A DNA stretch of 64,000 bases from Malacoraja senta (Eukaryota): NCBI GenBank assembly GCA_038087875.1, contig CM075988.1, positions 18,602,001-18,666,000 on the forward strand, read 5' to 3'. Under the pieces are notes generated by a model. It made no database searches, was not told the DNA's origin, and worked only from the letters and a program-made list of their open reading frames with translations. The translations under genes and the position numbers were made by a program. Below, one piece after another: positions 63,042 to 64,000 of this stretch. How positions within the stretch are numbered: the stretch's first letter is position 1; each line of letters starts with the position of its first letter.

Positions 63042-64000
63042 TATATGGTGTTCGTGTTCTACCTCTGTGAGCTTTTTATTTTGCCTCTGGGTCTGTAAAT
63101 AATGTTAGTAGTAATGGGACTGTCGAGTTTCACCATCACTGTGGCTAACTCTTCGTACCACACACTTGGACGAAACGTAAAGCTGACCACACATGTGGAG
63201 AGCCACAGTTTACAGGTCCGCTCTAATCTATTGCTCAATTCTTCACTGTTGCAAAAGCAAATGGGCGGCTGCATTTGGAGACACAAGCAACTGCAGACGC
63301 TGGAATCATGAGAGAAACACAAAACGCTGGAGGAACTCAGCGGGTCAGGCATCATCTGTGGAGGGAGGAACTGCAGATGCTGGTTTAAACCAAAGTTAGA
63401 CGCAAATAGCTGGTCAGACAGCATCTCTGGAGAAAAGGAATAGGTGACGTTTCGGGTTGGGATCCTTCTTCAGAGCTTTTCTCCAGAGATGCTGTCTGAC
63501 CCTCCAGCTTTTTGTGTCTACCATCTGTGGGGGGAGGGGGGGGGGAGATGGACAGGCGCTGTTTCAAGTTGAGACCCTGGTACATGGGTGGATGTCGCTG
63601 TTTTTCATACCTGATCGCGATGATGTAATTTTAACGGATATTGGTACTTTCAGTGGGAATGCAAGGAGTTGGATTTTTTGCTGGGATTTTGCCTGTAGTT
63701 CTGCAGAGACCAGCCTGTAGTCACCTGTGTGATTGTCAGTGGTTTTAGGACGTTATGTGAACGTGGAATGTGCCCGTCCCTCCATGGTCATTCCCTCCAC
63801 GGATGCTGCCTGACCTGATGAGTTACTCCAGCACTTTGTGCTTCGCTCAAGATTCCAGCACCTGCAGTTTCTGGACAGATGACGATTTCGACTTACAGGT
63901 TAAGTTTCGTTAAGTTTAGTTTATTGTCTCGCGTACCGAGGTACAGTGAAAAACATTTGTTGCGTGCTAACCAGTCAGCGGAAAGACACAATCAATCGAG

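Overview
Eukaryotic, repeat-dense non-coding DNA (large intron or intergenic). The repeat complement points to a cartilaginous fish, probably a skate or ray; this is an inference from HE1/V-SINE-type SINEs and HER1/CR1-type LINEs. I could not support any host protein-coding exon, rRNA, tRNA gene or CRISPR array. Every recognisable ORF in the track is a piece of a retroelement: CR1, L2, Rex1/Babar, L1, Tx1 or Penelope GIY-YIG endonuclease. The window is a nested mosaic of about 17 HE1-like SINEs, many 5'-truncated LINE 3' ends, dozens of Penelope terminal-repeat fragments, a non-autonomous Helitron, a long-TIR MITE family, ancient SINE remnants and one 200-N assembly gap. The best finding is a short retroelement on the minus strand (44728-45366) bounded by a perfect 12-bp target-site duplication. 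Its first 54 nt fold into a minimal HDV-like self-cleaving ribozyme that starts exactly at the element's 5' nucleotide. It is interrupted by a Penelope fragment carrying a minimal hammerhead motif, which recurs throughout the window. Repeat boundaries are read by eye and approximate unless stated as exact.
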